A DNA stretch of 64,000 nt. Source: the human T2T-CHM13v2.0 reference genome, Homo sapiens. Both the position numbers and the translations under genes were made by a program. The DNA is taken from the NCBI RefSeq assembly GCF_009914755.1, contig NC_060928.1; one strand, given 5' to 3'. Position 1 is the first letter of the stretch. Each line of letters opens with the position of its first letter. Positions 1 to 16,750 of the stretch are shown in pieces. A model generated the notes under the pieces. The model saw only the letters and a program-made list of their open reading frames with translations. It was not told where the DNA came from and ran no database searches.

Positions 1-910
1 GATAAAGCCTATGTTTCTTGGCATGTTCCCATCTCATACACAGCCCTCTTCGTCCTGTTCCTTTCCCCTGGAGCTGTCACAAAGCTGTCCTAATTGGTCA
101 AGAAAAGGAGACACATCTCCTTTCTCCTCTACATTTTCTAAGTTCTGAAGGGCACCTGTCAATTGCTGCCCAAGCTCATCCTGCAGAGTGGGGGCTGTTC
201 CAGCTCTAATGGAATGAAGCTTCTTTTTTAAATAATCATGACAGGATAATATAGAGGTGTGCTACAGAAAAGTCCACCCCATCTCACATCTTGAGGTTCC
301 TGGGTTCATATCTAAGTAAGGAGAGGTTTCCCCATCAGATTCTGAATTCATTTCTCCTCCACTCAGGTTCAAATGAAACCCTAAACTTGACTTTAGGATG
401 TAAGGGGATTCGGGTGTAACAATGATATGCAGTGGACAAGGCCTTGGTCCTGTACAACTGCACCACCTGCATTGTCTCTGGAAAAGGTCACTAAGGGATG
501 CCATCTGCATAGAACACTATACTAAGAGTATGTATGCTCCTTAAAGGTGTGTACCCTGGTCTACCCTTGTGGAGTTAAACATATCTCAAACATTCAGAAA
601 CACACTCGTCCTCACCCTCTATGAGTATACAGGTCCCACTCCTGGAGTTGTATCACCAAATCAGAGGTTATGGTCCATCCATCAGTCCCAGCCTCCGTGA
701 AGATTCTTCCTTTTGTCTCCCAGAGACAGCTGCTGCTCCATGCTTTGGTTCTCTTTTAGTCTTTTCAGAAGCAATGGTCTTTCTCCTTGGACACCCCCAT
801 TGACAGGCAGTCAAAACTGTTCTGACTTCATAGGTAAATCCCTTACAACTGGTTTCCTTGACTCTAGGAAAGTCTAGCTTCTCTTGGTCTCCCCTTTCTG
901 GCCTTGAGAC

Positions 911-1217
911 TTTTTGTTTCATTTTTGTTTTTTGAGACAGTGTCTCACTCTGTCGCCCAGACTGGAGTGCAGTGACCGCGATCTCGGTTCACTGCAACCT
1001 CCTCCTCTTGGATTCAAGCGATTCTCATGCCTCAGCCTACCGAGTAGCTGGGATTACAGGTACGCACCATCACACCCAGCTAATTTTTGTATTATTAGTA
1101 GAGACGGGGTTTCACCATGTTGGCCAGGCTGGTCTGGAACTCCTGACCTCAAGTGATCTGCCCGCCTCGGCCCTCCCAAAGTGTTGGGATTACAGGCATG
1201 AGCCACCATGCCCCACC
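911..1217 (-). mobile_element. AluS (Sx/Sz-like), full length
   Basis: T-tail followed by TGAGACAG...GAGCCACCATGCCC (antisense Alu dimer); degenerate TSD tctggccttgagac / tctagtcttgagcc. Confidence 0.95.
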
Positions 1218-1298
1218 TCTAGTCTTGAGCCTTTTAATGAGCAAGACCAGCTCTTGTCTCCTCTGTATGTTTTTCCTGTCTTAAGTTAGTCTATAGGT

Positions 1299-1370
1299 TA
1301 GCCTGGGTGACAGAGTGAAACCCTGTCTCTAAAAATAATAATAATAAATAATTTAAAAATAAAAATAAAG
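1299..1370 (+). mobile_element. Alu 3' terminal fragment
   Basis: AGCCTGGGTGACAGAGTGAAACCCTGTCTC followed by an A-rich tail. Confidence 0.85.
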
Positions 1371-1384
1371 ATGTCATAAAGGAG

Positions 1385-2111
1385 TGAAACTGCCTTTGCA
1401 AAGTTATGACAGTAAGAGAATTCTGACATAGCTGATTCCATCTTGCTTCTGACCTCCAAGCTACCCTTGGTCATTCCTGGCTACGTGTAGGCCAAGCTAA
1501 GTTTGGGAGGAATTTAGTTTCTAGTTTTACCTTAAAGCAAAGATGATAATAGCCCTTCCCAAAACTAAATTGCCTTTGTAAAACTAGTGAAAGGTCACAA
1601 GGTTAGGATTATGAGAGGGGCCTCAATTCTGATAAGATAGGCATAGTTTCTACAATCCCTTACTGCTCAGGAGTCATGTGGCCAGAGGTCACAAGATTGC
1701 TGACTTCCCCAATTGCTCCTATAGATAACATCACTATTGTAGAACCTAAGATTGGTTTTTTGAAATATCTTTCAGACTAACCCCATTCAGACTCGCTACT
1801 CATGACTCAACTGATCCTGTGGCCCCACCCAGAGGCAGACTCAGTGCACAAGGACCATTTTCCACTCCCCTGTGATTTCATCCTCAACCAACAGCAGCAC
1901 CCATTCCCTAGCCCCCGACCACTGCTCACCAAATTGCCCATAAAAACCCTAATCTCCAAGCCTTCAGGGAGACCAATGTGAATGACAATTCTGATTCTCC
2001 CATGTGGGCTAAGCTCATGTCAATTAAACTCTTTCTCTACTGCAATGCCGTTGTCTCAGTGGATTGATTTTGTCTGTGCAGTGGGCAGGAAGAACCCACC
2101 AGCCAATTATA
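1385..2111 (+). mobile_element. Solo ERV1 LTR, LTR8 family (LTR8B-like)
   Basis: Starts TGAAACTGCCTTTGCAAA, contains ATAACATCACTATTGTAGAACCTAAGATT, ends GGGCAGGAAGAACCCA...TTATA; 4-bp TSD GGAG at 1381-1384 and 2112-2115. Confidence 0.88.
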
Positions 2112-2139
2112 GGAGAATGAAGGGCTACAGGCTGTGGTG

Positions 2140-2780
2140 ACTTTGTCTCTCTGAAGGAGTCTGGAGGGCTGCAAAGAAGATGTGATTTCTGACCTCGATT
2201 TTTAAAAAGGAACAGGAATTTTCCAGGCAGAGGAGAGGGAGAAAGGTATAGAAGTGTTTGGAGAAAGAACAGAAGTTCTGTGTGTGGCCAACCTCACCAA
2301 TCCACCTCACAAGTTGAAGAAGTCTTCTTTGATCCTCCAAAAGCTGAAATGGCAACACCAAAATTAAAGACTCCAAGTCACCAAGAGGCATTCCAAGGGT
2401 TTGTGGTAAACTACAAAGTCCGTGAAGACAAGTAGGTTGCTGAGAAGGCAGACGATTCATTTTGGGATGGAAGGGTCGGGAAGGGTTTCCCCAGAAGGAA
2501 GGAGGGGCTGTACCTATGGTGGTGAGGAGGGCCAAGGACTTCTGGAGGAGGAGGGAGGCTGGCCTGGGGCTAGAGGTTGGGCTGGTGAGGATTATAGTCA
2601 GCGATGCTTTCTTGTGTTTACACCTTGACTGATAAGCTCAACTATAAGCTTCCTGAGAGCAGCACTCAGCTCTGGATTTCACCCTCCCCCCAGCATCTCC
2701 CAGCACACAGCTCTGCATCCCATAGGTCTAACCAAATACAAGTTTGTCAGTGGAATAGTAAATATTTTTTGAATTGACGG
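2140..2780. mobile_element. Degenerate L2 fragments (minus-strand pieces, then a plus-strand 3' end)
   Basis: Purine-rich L2-antisense-like sequence; L2 terminus-like ACTATAAGCTTCCTGAGAGCAG...TAAATATTTTTTGAAT. Confidence 0.45.
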
Positions 2781-3404
2781 AAGGGGGGAAAGAGATATGT
2801 TTAAGAGAAAGAATTTTAAACATATCTTCTTGAACATGAAGGGTAGCAGAACATGCTACTCCAAAATATGCCTTTTTAGGATAAAGATTATTTTGAGCTG
2901 AAGGCAATTACACAGCAGCAGATACAAAAGAGCTCTCTGCCCTCCCCCTATTTACCTAAAAGCAGAACATAAATCTGTAAATGTGTCTCTCCTCCCCTCT
3001 CTACCAGGAAGGACAGAAGTGAATCACCAGAGATAACTCTAGACCCTTACCAGCCCGGAGAGGGCACCAGAGGAGTCTATACAACCAACCTTCCCAATTA
3101 GCACTTATCTTCCATTAGCTCCCCCACTATTTACCTTCCCACAACTTGCTGCCTTAGAAACTCAAAGTCCTTTTCCTTTGTCTTTGTCATTTCTCTAAAA
3201 CTTTACTGTTCTTTTAAGATGCTATATAAGCCAAGGTGTAACCATCCCTTTGAGTTACTCATCTCTGAGTGCCCCCATGTGTATTTGTGATGTGCATGTT
3301 AATAAACTTGTTTATGTTTCTCTTGCTAATCTGTCTTTTGTCAATCTAATTTACAGGACCCCAGCTGAGGAACCTAGGAGAATAAGGGGGAAAATATATG
3401 TATT

Positions 3405-4099
<695 letters not shown>

Positions 4100-4901
4100 T
4101 GTATTTTTTCGTCTTCTATAAACACAAAGAGCTCACTCTCTTGAACGACTGCTTCTTCCAGGGAAGTCTCCAATCAAGAGCTGACAGTCTCAAAACAAGT
4201 CGAAACTTCCTGCTTGGGGTACACAGGAAACCCCCAGACCCATCAACAACCATTCGGAAATGTACCACCCCATTATGATATTTTAGTTTTTTTCAATTCC
4301 TTTTTTCATTTCCAATCTGGGACTGACATACAAAGGAACAACAAAGTGTCATTCTTGAGAACGGAAAGCTGGGGGTAGGGGCAGAGAGGATACAGCAGAA
4401 CTCTCCCTGGTGACTTCTCCTGGTAGCCAGCTGGTTGTAGCTGGAAGCAGCAATTATTTTGCTTTTGTCAGGAATCCAAGGTACGGAACACAGCTGCTGG
4501 GTCAAGGCCTGGCACAGATCCAGCCTGGCTAGGACAGCCTTGGGGAGCCCATCGGGCCTGTGAACACAGAGCAGGCCACTTGAAGAGAGCACTGGCTTCC
4601 TCTCCTCTCTCCCTACTCCAAGGGTAACTTTCTCTGCAGCCTTCCTGCCTCGGGGCAATGAGACTTGCTGTGAGCCACTCCAGGACCAGACTTGGGCTGG
4701 GAGACCCCGGGGAAACAGCCACCATCATAGTTGCAGCAAGTAAGAGCATAAACCAGATCCAGGGTGCAAAATGCCCTGGGCTGGAATTCACATCCCAGTT
4801 CTGCTCTTGCAGCCTAAAAGAAGCAGAACCCTTATTTCGCAGAGTATCTGCATCCCACACAGAGCTTGCCCAGGTGCTCAGAGGCAGCGCAGTTCTTATG
4901 A

Positions 4902-5606
<705 letters not shown>

Positions 5607-5776
5607 TCCTATTACTTTCAAAATCATCTGCTGTCTTTATTCATGGATCCACTCACTCAGGTGTGTTTCTGTGCATACTACGCATTCAACACTTGCTAAC
5701 TTCTGTCTTTTCACTTGCTTGCATCTCCCTCTCATGGAAACAGGCCTACCCATCACATCAGATCCTGCTGAAAGCA

Positions 5777-5897
5777 GGCGTCCTGTCCAAGGTTGGTTAC
5801 CACCTTGTGCCTTGAGTTGCTGGGGACAGGCTCCGGCTACCTCCCACCCTGAGGTAGAATAAGCGGGTTGGGTAATAAATGAATACAAATTACAGTA
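5777..5897 (+). repeat. Isolated copy of an internal MER6 segment (duplicate of 8577-8697)
   Basis: 114/121 ungapped identity to 8577-8697 by manual alignment. Confidence 0.95.
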
Positions 5898-6078
5898 TTC
5901 ATTGAAAGGAGTCAATGAGAGGTTCCGGGGAAGCTCCTTTCACTGGTTATTGATAGCCATGCAAGCTGGCCACTCTGGGTACTAAAGACAGAAAGTGAAA
6001 ATAACCCAGGGACAGAGCTCAGGGAAAGAAATGGAATGTGGGGTGCTAAGAAAGGAAGAACTTCCAGATCCTCCACCT

Positions 6079-6146
6079 CAGTGGTTCTCAAAGTGTGATT
6101 CCCAGGCAGGAAGCATTGGCACCACCTGGAACTTGCTAGAAATGTT
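6079..6146 (+). mobile_element. MER5A fragment (hAT-Charlie)
   Basis: CAGTGGTTCTCAAAGTGTG...CACCTGGAACTTGCTAGAAATG. Confidence 0.75.
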
Positions 6147-6199
6147 ATTTTTGTCACTACCAGTCTAGTAGAAAGAGGAGATGGAGTGGTTCCCAAATT

Positions 6200-6392
6200 A
6201 ATGATGATGCTGATGATAATGGCTAACATTCATGGACCAGCCACTGTCCTAGGGACTTTATTAACACAGTTAATCATCACAACAACCCTATGAGGGGTTA
6301 AGCGCTATTCATATTCCTGGAATTTTATGAACTAGGGAACTGAGAAGCAAAGAGGTTAAGTAACTGGGCGTACTCACAGAGTAAATGACAGG
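6200..6392 (-). mobile_element. MIR
   Basis: Antisense MIR core CACAACAACCCTATGAGG...GGAACTGAG...AGAGGTTAAGTAACT. Confidence 0.75.
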
Positions 6393-6584
6393 ACGACAGG
6401 AAAACAGGTCAGGCTCTCCACGCACACGCCCCACACACCACCAGCATGCACTCCCACACCTCACTCTTCACTCTAGCTTTGGTCTCTTTCACATCAGCCC
6501 CCTCCCCAGAGCACAGGCAAGCTAGCCCTGGTGCCCTGTTACGATGCACAGAGCACAGTGGCCCACAGCCTGCACTCTGGGCCA

Positions 6585-6782
6585 ACTGCTTGGGTGTGAA
6601 GCTTGCTTCTCCCATGTAGTGAGCTTGGAGAAGTTACCCTCTCTGCCTATTTCATTGGCTGTAAAATGAGGATAATAGCTGTGCCCACCTACCTCATAGG
6701 GTGGTTGTGAAGATTAAATAGGTTAATATGCATAAGTGTGCCTGATACACATCATGTCCCCAATAAATATTACCTTATTATC
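6585..6782 (+). mobile_element. MIR
   Basis: CTGTAAAATGAGGATAATA...CTACCTCATAGGGTGGTTGTGAAGATTAAAT. Confidence 0.8.
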
Positions 6783-6959
6783 TTGAAGCCTTCTAATGTG
6801 TGGAGGGGGAAAAAGAAAAATATGGGAAAGAGAAGAGAGGGAAGAAAGAATTTGGAAACAAGAGCCTGAGAATTCCGTAACAATTTCTCCAGTAAAAATT
6901 CACAAGGGTCCCTGCGCCATTCTCGCCTCTGCTAGGGAAGCACATGCTCATGAAGCCTC

Positions 6960-7065
6960 TGTACGTGCCTGAATGGGGCCATGGGAATCTCCCCACTCTG
7001 GGTCTCGGGAACATGGTTGATGAAAGCAGATGGTGGTGACTCAGGCCCACCACCCTCTGACTCAG
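6960..7065. promoter_or_regulatory. Candidate enhancer motif cluster (HIF, NF-kB, E-box, 2x AP-1)
   Basis: TACGTG 6962-6967, GGGAATCTCC 6983-6992, CAGATG 7027-7032, TGACTCA 7037-7043 and 7058-7064, all in non-repeat DNA; motif evidence only. Confidence 0.4.
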
Positions 7066-7945
7066 AACTGCCCGATGTAAGCAGAAATCTATGTCAAAGT
7101 ACAGAGACTCAGGTGTCCTTGCTGCTGCAAAGAGGCAAATCAGGGTGAGACCTACAAGATTTAGTGCCCTGCTTACACAGGTGCAAGGACAAAAAGAAAA
7201 ATGGCCACTATTACATACAATGAAGGCTGTGTCTAAAGCCTTAAGAACGTCTAGCTACTTGGAGGAAATGTGAGACTATATTTTATTAAGATTACTGTTG
7301 CTGTTAGAGGTAGATAACACAGCAAAAATAACCATCAGAGAATGCCAAGCTTATGGGGCAAGAAGGATCAGACCAGAAGAAGGAAGCCGAAGGATGCGGA
7401 AATGTGGCACTGGCTTGATGAAGGAGGCAAATGCTTACTAGTGGAAAGGAGTCAATGCTTTCCCTCTTTCCTGTATCCCATACTGGCCTCCCTCACTTCC
7501 AAAGAAACCCAAACCAAACAAAACAATCCCAGCATCAGATCCAAGTAGGTAAAGCTCTGTCATCGGATGAGCCAACCAGACAGTTAACCCAACATGACTT
7601 TCTCCGACATCCACTCAAAGCTCTTGGTAATCACACTTTTCCTCTACGTATAATCGAGGAAATTTGTGCAGCTCCGAGATGCAGTTTTTGTGCTATTCTA
7701 GCTTGTGTTTCAGATCTGCACAGCTGTGAGAAACCACATAAAGGAGATGTAAGGGTTTACCTTTTTTCTGTCCTTGATGTTTAACAATATATATTGCAGT
7801 CTTTAAAATTGTGCTTTTAACCAATTTTGTAATGAGAGATAAATACAAAACAGCAAAGCAACAGAAAAATCAAATTAACTTCTCATCCTGCCATGTAACA
7901 AATTATCTCTTTTTAGCTGTATTGTTGCTTGGGCTTTTTTTTTAA

Positions 7946-9165
<1,220 letters not shown>

Positions 9166-9219
9166 TATTTTATATCAGCCTTTCTATTTGTTTTTATAAC
9201 ACACAAATTTATTATTCTT

Positions 9220-9836
<617 letters not shown>

Positions 9837-9885
9837 TCATTCTTAATAGTAATATTATATTTCATTTTACAACATACTTTTGGGG

Positions 9886-10182
<297 letters not shown>

Positions 10183-10199
10183 TAGTTTGTTTTTAATTT

Positions 10200-10680
10200 T
10201 TTAAAATAATTTTTAGGGTTTTTTTTCCTATTTTTCTTTCTTTGTTTCTCCAGGATGTAGTCTCAAACATATACTAGCTCAAAGGATATGATGTTCCATG
10301 GTTTACTACACTTCGCCATGTTGCTTTCCAGAAATATTGTACTAATTTATGTTTGTATGAGGGTATAACTTTCTCAAAAGCCTTGCCAGACTTTGATTTT
10401 GTAATTATAATTTGCCAGTTTAACGGCATTGCATGGTTTTGTGTTTTAACTTCTTATAATTACTAAGGAGGCTGAGTCCTCTTCCAAGGATTTGTTTTCT
10501 AGTTGTAATGCCTCTTGTGTGAACATGTTCAGATTTTTTTTTGACTGTTAATGCAGTAGAAATAGTATTGCACTTGTGGATTTAATTCCATTCTCTAGAT
10601 ATTCTGGATGTTAATTTTTTTCATTCATTCTATTTATCACAATTTTCCCTCTAAGTCACTTTGACTAAAGAAAGTTTTGC
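10200..10680 (-). mobile_element. Old L1M (L1ME-like) fragment
   Basis: T-rich sequence with TTGCTTTCCAGAAA...TGTACTAATTTA and TATTCTGGATGTTAAT, typical of antisense L1M 3' ORF2. Confidence 0.55.
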
Positions 10681-11354
10681 TCAATGGATGCAGCTCCCAC
10701 TCAGGCAGATCATCAATTCAGCCAAGGTTCCTGCTGCCCCATTTTCTGGTGGCTGCACACTGTAATCCCCTCATAAATTTTCCTGAAGACAGCCTGATTT
10801 TTAAGTTCCCCAGCTCCCTAATGAACTGTATCCCAATTTGTCAAATATACCCAGCAATTATTCAATGTTATATCATGTGCTACTGGAAAAAAATCAGGGA
10901 TACTATTTTCATGCTTGCCTTTCTGGCCATCTCTGATTTATATTGTGCCTTTCTATTAAGGCAGAGTTTCATGTCGTGATCTGAAAGCATTTTACAACCA
11001 CTGGATCAAACTCTGAAAAGAGAAGAAACCAAAGTCAAGTTGCTATCAATGGCACAATGAGGTAGGAAGGCTGGGGGGCAAAAAAGGTCATGGATAAGAT
11101 TAAAGAAATCTAAACAAAACTTAAGTATTTGAAACACTTTACAGATTGGACCTGAGGTCAATCTAATTAGCTAAAAAAAAAAAAATCCACTATCTAGAAC
11201 TATATCTACTTTTTGCACGCATCACCCAAATTGTAAAACAACAACAAAAAATAAGAGCTGTACAAAATACTTAATAAATGTATTCTGTAAGCATCACACA
11301 AAATACTTGATAAAAAAAGAACCAAAAGATTTCTACCTGAAAAAAAGTTATCAC

Positions 11355-11644
<290 letters not shown>

Positions 11645-11997
11645 GTTATCACTGTCTGTTTCATGGCTTTTGATTATTTATTTTTTTGCCTATAAGAAAG
11701 ATCCCCAGTTGGGGAAGAACACATCCCAGCACACTTCCTCTCTTTCTCAATTCTTTCTTACTTGCCAGCTTAGACTAAAAGCCACTCACCCATTCCTTCC
11801 ACCCTTCCATACCTACTCTTCACTCCTTCACCTTAGCCAACTCCTGGCCACAACTATGGTCTCTGGAGAGGATCCTGGTAGACCATAGAGAAGCTACACC
11901 CAACAGCTACATATCCAACTGGTGAGAGGGAACATTTCTCCACTGTAGTAGATACAACTACATAGCAGTTCCAAGTTATAGATGCCAAATGGCTCCC

Positions 11998-12175
11998 ATT
12001 ATTATTACAGTTGGCACTTGTTGAGTACTTAGGATACGCTGTGACCCTAAAAAGCACTGCCTATGTCTTATCTCATTTAATCTTCACCAACCCCATTTTA
12101 CAGATGAGGCAAAATGGAGTTTAGAAATTTGGCCAAGATCACCCAGCTAGTAATAACAGAGGTGGGGACTGACAC
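11998..12175 (-). mobile_element. MIR
   Basis: TCTCATTTAATCTTCAC...CCCATTTTACAGATGAGG...CCAAGATCACCCAGCTAGTAA. Confidence 0.8.
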
Positions 12176-14124
12176 TACAACATATGGCCTCTCAGAGGAT
12201 GGGCAAATGTTTTGATGATTTGTAGCAAACTGTAATTTTTTCCCCAAGTGTGCTATTTTTAAATATAATCACTAAAAAATAATAATCTTACCCCTACTAG
12301 TTGCGGGTTGACTGTGACTTTGGGGCCAAATGCAAAAAGCCTCAATCTGCGATTTCCCAGGCAAATAGCACTAAGTACCTGTTCTTGTCCTTGCTGATTC
12401 TTCTACATGCAAATCATTTCCCTCTCAACACTGGTAAGACATTTGTAGTCATGCCAGGGGAAGGCAGTGGGGATGTGAAAGGTGGAGGTCCTGGCCTGGA
12501 AGTGGAGAGGGCTCTATTTTAGCTCCATTTCCACCACAAACTCAACTCTCGGGATCATGGGTTCCTCACGAGCGAATGGAAACCAGTGGATGATACGGTT
12601 TCTAACATCCCCTCCGGCTTTAAATTTCCAGCAATTTATGAAGCCTGGTAATGCCCACGTACTGGTGCCAGCAGTGTGGGTGCAGCACCCCCTGCCGGTG
12701 GCCTCCCCGCACTGCCCTGGAGGGAGGTCGTGGCTGGTAGAGCCACACTCCGCCTGCTGGTTGTGTGCGGTGGTGGCCCAGGCCAGGGCACAGGCATTCA
12801 CGCACACAAAACTCACCCCAACGATGCTCTGAAGTATCTATTGCCATGTGTGTGCTGAAAGAAATGCACTATGATTCAGATCGGCCAAGGCTTGGAAGAG
12901 GACAAGAGGATTACAGGGTAATTTAGGAAGCACGTAGAGTTAGACGCAGCTGGACAGGCTTCTGCTTAGCCATGCTGATCGTGAAAAGCCACGATGAAAA
13001 CTTGATAATTTTTTTAGCACAGCATATTCTCTTAAAGAGAGGCATATATCTGTTCTCTGAAAGTAGAAAATAAATTCTTCCATGGACTTGATGTGTTTAA
13101 AATCTAAGGCGAGTGCAGGTCCCGACCCCTCTCCATCCCCACCGCTTGCTTATCTGCTTCAACAATCTGCAGCCTGAGCCTGCTCACCTGTGTCGGCTCA
13201 ACACCAGCCCAGCCACTTCATGTCTCAGCAATCTGACCTGCCCTTCAAATATCACCAGCCTCCAATGCCATTCCTGCTGGGGGCATCTGATGGGAAACAC
13301 AGGTCCTTTCAACTTAAACTCGAGATAAGCACACATAAAGCATCTACCCCCTAAGGACTTTAGCAATTATTTTTAAAATGAAAAACCTGAGCTTTGAATG
13401 TAGCGCCCAAAGTAGAGCGGAGACATGGAGGAAATAATCAACTTGATTCCCTCTTCTGTCATTCACCTCTTCCAGAAACCTGGAACCTGAAGGCGAGGTT
13501 GTTTTGCCAGCACCCAGCACCTCGCCTTGCTGTTGATCACCTTCCCTAGGAGCACAAAAGTCAGAGGGGAGAAAGGATGGGAGTGCAAGGTTTGTCCACT
13601 GGGGCAGGTGGACGGGGAGGATCTCAGGCTGGGTTTGGGTATTATGGAGCCAGTATCAGGCTAACATCTCATAGTGTGGCTTTAGCCAGGCCCCAAGGGG
13701 GAATCCAATCTATAGTGAAGTTCATTTTCACAATAAGCTTTGGAGGGTATCATTCATCCAACTCAGACAGACATATTGACTTACCGATAACTTCATTAAT
13801 GAAAGCACCTGCCTGGCCTGGAACCCTATTCTCTAAACCAAGGACTCCCAGTTCCCAATGTGTGGTCTATCCCCTGCAGTGCTTTTCCAAGGTCCGCCAC
13901 AGTTGGCTCTACTTTCTCTCCTCCCTCCTCTCAACTTCTGAATCTTTCTTTTCTCTTCCTTCTACCCTTCCAAATGTAAGCAAAATGTAAACCAATGTAG
14001 AGATAACTTTTAATTCTTCCCCTAATCCTTTACCCCAAATCTGCTCAGAAAAAGTCTAGAACCAGAACTGACAGAGGCAGAATTCTGTGTTAGAAACTAT
14101 AGGGGAGGGTGAAAGACTAAGACT

Positions 14125-14843
14125 AAGGTGGAGTCTCTTTTCCCAATTCTTTTTTTTTTTTTTCTTTTGAGACAGGGTCTCGCTCTGTCACCCAGGCTGG
14201 AGTGCAGTGGTGCAATCACAGCTCACTGCAGCCTCTGCCTTCTAGGCCCCAGGCCCAAGTGATCCTCCCACCTCAGCCTCCCAAGTAGCTGGGACTACAG
14301 GCGTGTGCCAGCTAATTTTTTTTTTTTTTTTTTTCGTAGAGACAGAGTTTTGCCATGTTGCCTAGGCTGGTCTCAAACTCCTGGGCCCAAGCAATCTGCC
14401 CGCCTCAGCTCCCAAAGTGCTGGGATTACAGGCATGAACCACTGCGCCCAGCCTCTTTTCCCACTTCTTATATCTAGGCTGGTCTTGTGGTTTTGTTTGG
14501 TCAATAGAATGTATGAAAGTGATGCTGTGTGACTTTCAGAGCCTGGGCCTTGAGAGGCCTTGGAGCTTGCACTTTGGTCCCTCGAAACACTGCCATGCTT
14601 GTTCTGAAAGGAAACCATTGTCACCTACCAGGGAATGAGAAGCCATGAGACAGAAAACCAAGGCGCCCAACCAACAGTCAGTGCCAACCACCAGCTGTGT
14701 GAGTGACGGCAGCTGCATGAGCCAGCCCAGGTGAGACCAGCAGAGGAACTGACCAGCCAGCAAAGAATCATGAGAAATAGTCTATCGATGTTGTTTTAAA
14801 CCACTCCATTTCTGGCTGGTAGGCAGCAATAGAGAACTAAAAC
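14125..14843 (+). mobile_element. MLT1 (H/G-like) ERVL-MaLR LTR, interrupted by an Alu
   Basis: TTTGGTCAATAGAATG...GTGTGACTTTCAGAGCC...TGTTGTTTTAAACCACT...GCAGCAATAGAGAACTAAAACA. Confidence 0.75.
14150..14453 (-). mobile_element. AluJ
   Basis: Antisense dimer; TSD TCTTTTCCCA(A/C)TTCTT. Confidence 0.93.
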
Positions 14844-15162
14844 ACACACTTTTGCCTTTGTCTCTATTGTTTATGGAATGAGATATTAGAATAGGGCTCT
14901 TTCTGCCTCCATTTTAATTGAGGCACCAATATGATAGATATCAGATACCTACATGACTGTGAAACAGACCCCCTTACACAGAATTCACAAAGGAAATTAT
15001 TGAGACCTGGCTCCGTCACTCTTGGATGCCTCCTCCAGATCAAGGATATGAAAAGGGGTCAGAGTGGGCGGGGGGGGGGAGTGGGCAGATAGGTGAAGAG
15101 CTTTTGATGGGGGAGCTGTTAATGAGCTGTAGTGTCCCCCTTAAAATCCCCCAAAGAAAGAT

Positions 15163-15384
<222 letters not shown>

Positions 15385-15720
15385 TTAAAGTAGTTTCACT
15401 ACAGCTGGAACCAGCAGACATTCAGGTCCCAGAGGCATGCCTGTGACACCCAGAGTGGGCCATGACAGCAGGCTAGAGGGGCATGCAGGAGCTAGTCTGC
15501 CTTTCTGGGTTTTCCTGAGTAGAGTGTGCCCTGGGGACCAAACGTGGCCACTCAGAAGAGAGAGCTGGTGTGAGGTCTGACCGGGTCCTGTCTCACAGGG
15601 CCACCTACTGGAGAGGCAGAGAGACCCCAGCAGCAAGAAACTAGAGGTGGGCACAGGATTGCTGGGGTCTTAGAATAAATAAATCCCCAGATAACACCTG
15701 AAATAAAGATGCATCTTTCT

Positions 15721-16101
<381 letters not shown>

Positions 16102-16443
16102 TCAGGGAGTGGAAAGCAACCTTTCCAATTCCCTTATCCCTAACTCCCCAATTACCCACCCAGTCCTGGGGATTCAGAAACTAGCTAGCACACTGAGAAT
16201 GTGTAAGGAGAGAAAGACGCGTAGACAGAGAGAAGCTACAGAGAGGCTCCCACCTAGCCCCCAGCCCTTTCCACTGAGACTCCCAGTTGGATCCAGGCCT
16301 GAGATGAGAAAGGGGATGATAAACATTAAATCAAGTTCAAAGGTTCGATTATCAGCTTGGGCTGGTCATTCTAATTTCTGAATTGAGACAGAGCTTGTAA
16401 CTTAGAGTGACAGGAGGATAGTCTATTTCCTAAAAATTAGTTG

Positions 16444-16729
16444 AGCCAGGCTCAGTGGCTCACACCTGCAATCCCAGCACTTTGGGAGGCCGAGGTGGGA
16501 GGACTGCTTGAAGTCAGGAATTCAAGACCAGCCTGGGCAACACAGTGAGATGCCCGTATCTACAAAAAATAAAAAACAAAAATTAGTGGGGTATAGTGGC
16601 TCATACCTGTAGTCCCAGCTACTCAGGAGGGTGAGGCAGGAGGATCTCTTGAGCCCAGGAGGTCAAGGCTGCAGTGAACTGTGATTATGCCACTGCACTT
16701 CAGCCTATTAAAGTATAAAAGGGCAACAG
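16444..16729 (+). mobile_element. AluJ with disrupted 3' end
   Basis: Dimer up to CAGCCT, then a 14-bp AT-rich insert, then GGGCAACAG. Confidence 0.9.
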
Positions 16730-16750
16730 GAAAAAAGTTATATATATATA

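Noticed and set aside
440-560. Possible MER91B/C-like hAT relic
   Set aside because: Similarity is too weak to call by eye.
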